A DNA stretch of 63,694 bases, counting the filler, from Olpidium bornovanus S191 (taxonomy: Eukaryota > Fungi > Olpidiomycota), in assembly GCA_017911155.1 (NCBI GenBank). It is 30 parts of 30 records of this genome, joined end to end, with 100 filler letters (N's around TTAATTAATTAA, not from the genome) between each part and the next. Parts side by side here need not be neighbours in the genome. Positions count along the whole stretch, not along the records: positions 59,800 to 61,324 come from JAEFCI010007967.1; positions 61,425 to 62,458 come from JAEFCI010011620.1; positions 62,559 to 63,694 come from JAEFCI010013096.1; 27 more parts are not named here. One strand, written 5' to 3'. The translations under genes and the position numbers were made by a program. The stretch's first letter is position 1. Each line of letters starts with the position of its first letter. Below are positions 60,386 through 63,694 of this stretch, piece by piece. The notes beneath the pieces are model-generated. The model saw nothing but the letters and a program-made list of their open reading frames with translations, had not been told where the DNA came from and made no database searches.

Positions 60386-60895
60386 ATGCCCAACCGCGGA
60401 CCCAATCCACGGTGTTCCGCTGCAAAGGCAAGCCCAGAGACGATAAACCGTGCGCCTCCTGCGCTGCCCAGGAGGTCGAAGAGGCCGCCGCGCAGCGCAA
60501 ACAGACGGAGGCCGCAAAGGCGCGTTACATGTCCGCTCTCGAAGCCGCACCGGAGAGTCCGGCAGAGCGCGCTTCGGAGTGCCTAACCCCAGCGGAGCCC
60601 TCTGCCTGTTCCCGACAGCGAGGATGACCAGATTTAGCTCGCGCTGGAGCTGTCGCGCATTGAGGCCCCCCACGAGGATCCGGCAGAACGCGTTCCGGAG
60701 CGGCCCATCTTCCGGAGCCATCTGCCGGTTCCCGACGCCGATGACGACCAGCTCGAGCTCGCACTGGAGATCCCGTGCATCTAGACCCGCGCCGATGACG
60801 AGCGGTCCCGGGTGCTCGCTTCGTTAAACCCTGAGCGGAGCGCCCTCCTGGAGGACCTTCACCTCGAGGAAAACTACCAGAAACGCTTCGGTTAG
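60386..60895 (+). pseudogene. Degenerate gene with tandem ubiquitin-interacting motifs (UIM)
   Basis: LPVPDSEDDQI*LALELSRIE and LPVPDADDDQLELALEIPCI* are 120 nt apart. An upstream segment reads RCKGK...PCASC. Two TAG stops and a frameshift are present. Confidence 0.5.
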
Positions 60896-60908
60896 AAGCC
60901 GGGAGGTG

Positions 60909-61310
60909 TCTGGATTAAGGTAAGTGAAAGGAAAGCGCTGCGTCTAATTCTTTTGTCATTTTGTTTTGGGGTGGCCCCTCCGCTGTCTGGGTTAAGGTAA
61001 GTGTGTTAAAGTGAGCGATGCGTCATCGGTTTTCGTTTGTTTTGTTGTGGGCTTTCCCGCCGTTTGGATTAAGGTAAGTGGGTTAAGGTAAGTAGGTTAA
61101 GATAAGTGGCGCGTCATTGTTCGTCTTTTGGTTTGTTGCTGGCGCAAAGGGAGGGAAAAGTAAGTGGTTCGTCGTTGTTTGTTTTTTGTTCTGTTGTGGT
61201 CTCAAAATAAGTGAAAGGCAAGTGGTTTGTCGTAGTTTGTCTTTCATTATGCTGTGGCCTCCTCCACCGTCTGGATGAATGTGAGTGCGTTAAGGTAAGC
61301 GACGCACCAT
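60909..61310 (+). repeat. Degenerate 77-bp minisatellite rich in AAGGTAAGT
   Basis: Units start at 60909, 60986 and 61063 (77-bp period), each T(C/T)TGG(A/G)TTAAGGTAAGTG...GCGTC...T-rich. More diverged copies continue to ~61310. Confidence 0.75.
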
Positions 61311-63599
61311 TGTTTTTGTTCATGNNNNNNNNNNNNNNNNNNNNNNNNNNNNNNNNNNNNNNNNNNNNTTAATTAATTAANNNNNNNNNNNNNNNNNNNN
61401 NNNNNNNNNNNNNNNNNNNNNNNNGAATCAAGCCTCCTCGATAACGGTGGTCGGAGCCCCGGGGCGCCACGTCTCCCCCTTCCACCCGACCGTCATAAAC
61501 GCCACAGCCGGCCCCGTCGGCAGACGTGGTGGAAGGGTAGGCATGCGTGGACACCGCTATGTCGACGCTCTGTAGCAGCTCAGCCAGAAGCTCGACTTCG
61601 GCTACGGATGTTAACTCGATCTTACCTCGTTTTTCTCCCGCCCGAGCTCCCATTTCGAACCGCTCCTCCGCGGGCTCGCCCAGCATTTCCTCGTAGACCT
61701 CGCAGTTCGCTTCCCCCTCTTCCCACGACTCTCCCCCTGCCTTCAATTCCCTAAGCTGCCGTCGAAAGCGACGGCGGGCCCCCTTGTCCACCATCGCCAT
61801 CGGCACGTGTCTTGCCAGACCAGAATCTGCACCGCCGCAATCTCTTATCGCAGACACACAACCCACCGTCGCCCAGGTTCCGAGTCCATTCGGCCAATCC
61901 TCACTCCTCTCTTCGATCCGGTACGAGGGCCCCCTCTCGTTTGCAGTGCGCGGCTCCCTCACGCCGAGCGCTGCTGCCGAAAACCCGCTCCTCCCATCTC
62001 CGCGGTTTCTCCTTCTCCTTCCTCCCGCTCGTTCGATCTCAGCTCCCGGGATCCTTGGCCCCCTACCGCGACCCAGCACCGTACCTTCTCGCCGTCGGCG
62101 CTCAAAATCCAAATTAAGAAGAAGAAGTCGCCATTGCCTGCAGCCCAACGCTGGCGGCGTTTTTCGCCGGGCGCCGGGCGGCGATTTTGCGCCGGGCGCC
62201 CGGCGGCGATTTTGCGCCGGGAAAGAAAAAAAAAAAGGGGGACGACGCCCCACGGACGCTCCCCCAGAAAAAACCGCCTGGGCGGGCCACGCGGGCAGAA
62301 CCTCTCCCTCCTCCGAGACCTCTTTTCTCAGAGACCTCCGAGACCTCTTTTTCTCCGAGACCTCCGAGACCCCCTTCTGAAGAAGGCGCCGCGTGACCAT
62401 GTTTGTATGTGATTTCCGTAATTCTTTCGTCGTCACTGTCGTCACCTTCAGCGATGCCNNNNNNNNNNNNNNNNNNNNNNNNNNNNNNNNNNNNNNNNNN
62501 NNTTAATTAATTAANNNNNNNNNNNNNNNNNNNNNNNNNNNNNNNNNNNNNNNNNNNNCCCGCCTCGGCATGACGGTGATTACCGTCTCGGCATGACGGT
62601 GGTTCCGTATCCGTTTCCGCCGAGCGCGGAAAACCCCTTTGCAAACGCGTTCATTGTTACCACCTTTGTGTTGAAATATTAATGGACAGGGTAGAGCTCT
62701 ATGTGGTTAGGCAACACCAAGCTCTGTCCAACGCACACACCTTGCTCACTTGTGTCAACACATGGCACCAAGGTTACAGATCCTTTCCGTCAGGCGCAAG
62801 GTCGAACCCGGAAGACAATCTCGGACGAAGTACCTCGAAAGGTAGTAAAAGGTCACTCTATTTCACTCTGCCAATATTGGCCAGGTAATAATATCTACGG
62901 ACAGTATATGCACCGGAAGGCGCGTCTACCTTACGTAGGAGAGGACGGAGGAGGGTTGGGAAAAAAAGGTTCCGGGGCGAGGAAGTTCCGCCTTTTATAC
63001 CCGAGCCCTGGCCACCTTGTGGGACTTCCGCTCGGCGTTATGGCGAGAGGGCGCTTTCTTTTGGTTTTCCCCGTTGTTCTCCCGGCTTCTTCTCGCCACG
63101 TTGTGCCCTTCCTTTTTGGTTACCTGGTAGCCCTTTCGTACGTTCCTCAGGGGTATCCAGACAACCCCCCCCGAGGGGCGTGTGCCCCGTGCCAGGTTTC
63201 GGTCAGGGGGCTGTTAGGGTTCCGGCGGTGTCACCTGGTGGCCACAAAATGCCACTTGGTGCCGCTTCTCGGTTCGGGTGCGCACGCACTCACGGCAAGG
63301 CCCGAATTCAACACTTTGAATCTTCGTCCGGGCTGCCGTTGCTTCAAAGAGAAGACGTCGCAGAAGACAGCGGATGTTCGGGCAAGGAGCTCAAGGTTTC
63401 CTTTGGTTTTGGTGGTCTGCGTCTGCGGTTTGGGGAGAGGGGAGCGGGGCTTCGTGCGCGGCGCCCCTTATAGCAGGAAACGCATTTGATGACGAGCCCG
63501 TCGAGCGCACTCTACAGTATGCACAACACGCCCGGGATAAGAAAAGTTTGTATGAAAGTCCTGTTTTGTTGGGGCCATCCCTGATTTAAGAAGCTTCCT

Positions 63600-63655
<56 letters not shown>

Positions 63656-63694
63656 TGCCACCCCCCCCCCCCCCCCCCCCCGCCCGCCGCTCGC

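Noticed and set aside
61425-62445. 358-aa minus-strand ORF with weak gag-like RRQLRELKAG
   Set aside because: Mostly GC-rich low-complexity sequence with short direct repeats; motif too weak.
8455-62558. A gene cluster or system formed by neighbouring genes (e.g. myosin V next to myosin-motor chitin synthase; RtcA next to SFSWAP)
   Set aside because: They are on different contigs joined by artificial spacers, so adjacency is meaningless.
62701-63489. 262-aa plus-strand ORF
   Set aside because: No domain signature or codon bias; looks like a chance ORF in GC-rich non-coding or LTR-like DNA.

Overview
This window is not one locus. It is 30 short eukaryotic contigs (about 1.0-8.5 kb each) joined by 29 artificial 100-nt spacers (44 N + TTAATTAATTAA + 44 N), so neighbours across spacers have no biological adjacency. 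The content is fungal: spliceosomal introns, a chitin synthase with a myosin-motor-like domain, class V myosin, a Kre9/Knh1-like GPI protein and a fungal CorA-like transporter. GC-rich exons with long A/T and G/C homopolymers in introns, plus a very fragmented assembly, suggest an early-diverging fungus; Olpidium bornovanus is my guess from sequence style only. Recognisable gene fragments are a WD40 C-terminus, a secreted Cys-rich protein, a SWIRM protein, an LRRC58-like LRR protein, TFIIIC Tfc4, CorA-like, PCID2/Csn12, myosin-motor chitin synthase, Myo2, RanBP9/Gid1, a protein kinase, an alpha/beta hydrolase, a LIM protein, RtcA, SFSWAP, a glycosyltransferase-like protein, an LEA-like protein and MoaC. 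Retrotransposon relics are abundant: a Ty3/gypsy element with LTR, PBS, gag and protease that carries a nested second LTR, a gypsy PR-RT relic, and two Ty1/copia pieces. The most unusual item is a Ty1/copia pol fragment with an in-frame chromodomain directly upstream of the RT. Other items worth a look are a Swt1-like HEPN candidate, a UIM-repeat pseudogene next to a 77-bp minisatellite built from 5' splice-site consensus motifs, and two putative pseudo-enzymes. I saw no rRNA, tRNA or CRISPR arrays. All family calls are by-eye motif recognition; no database searches were run.
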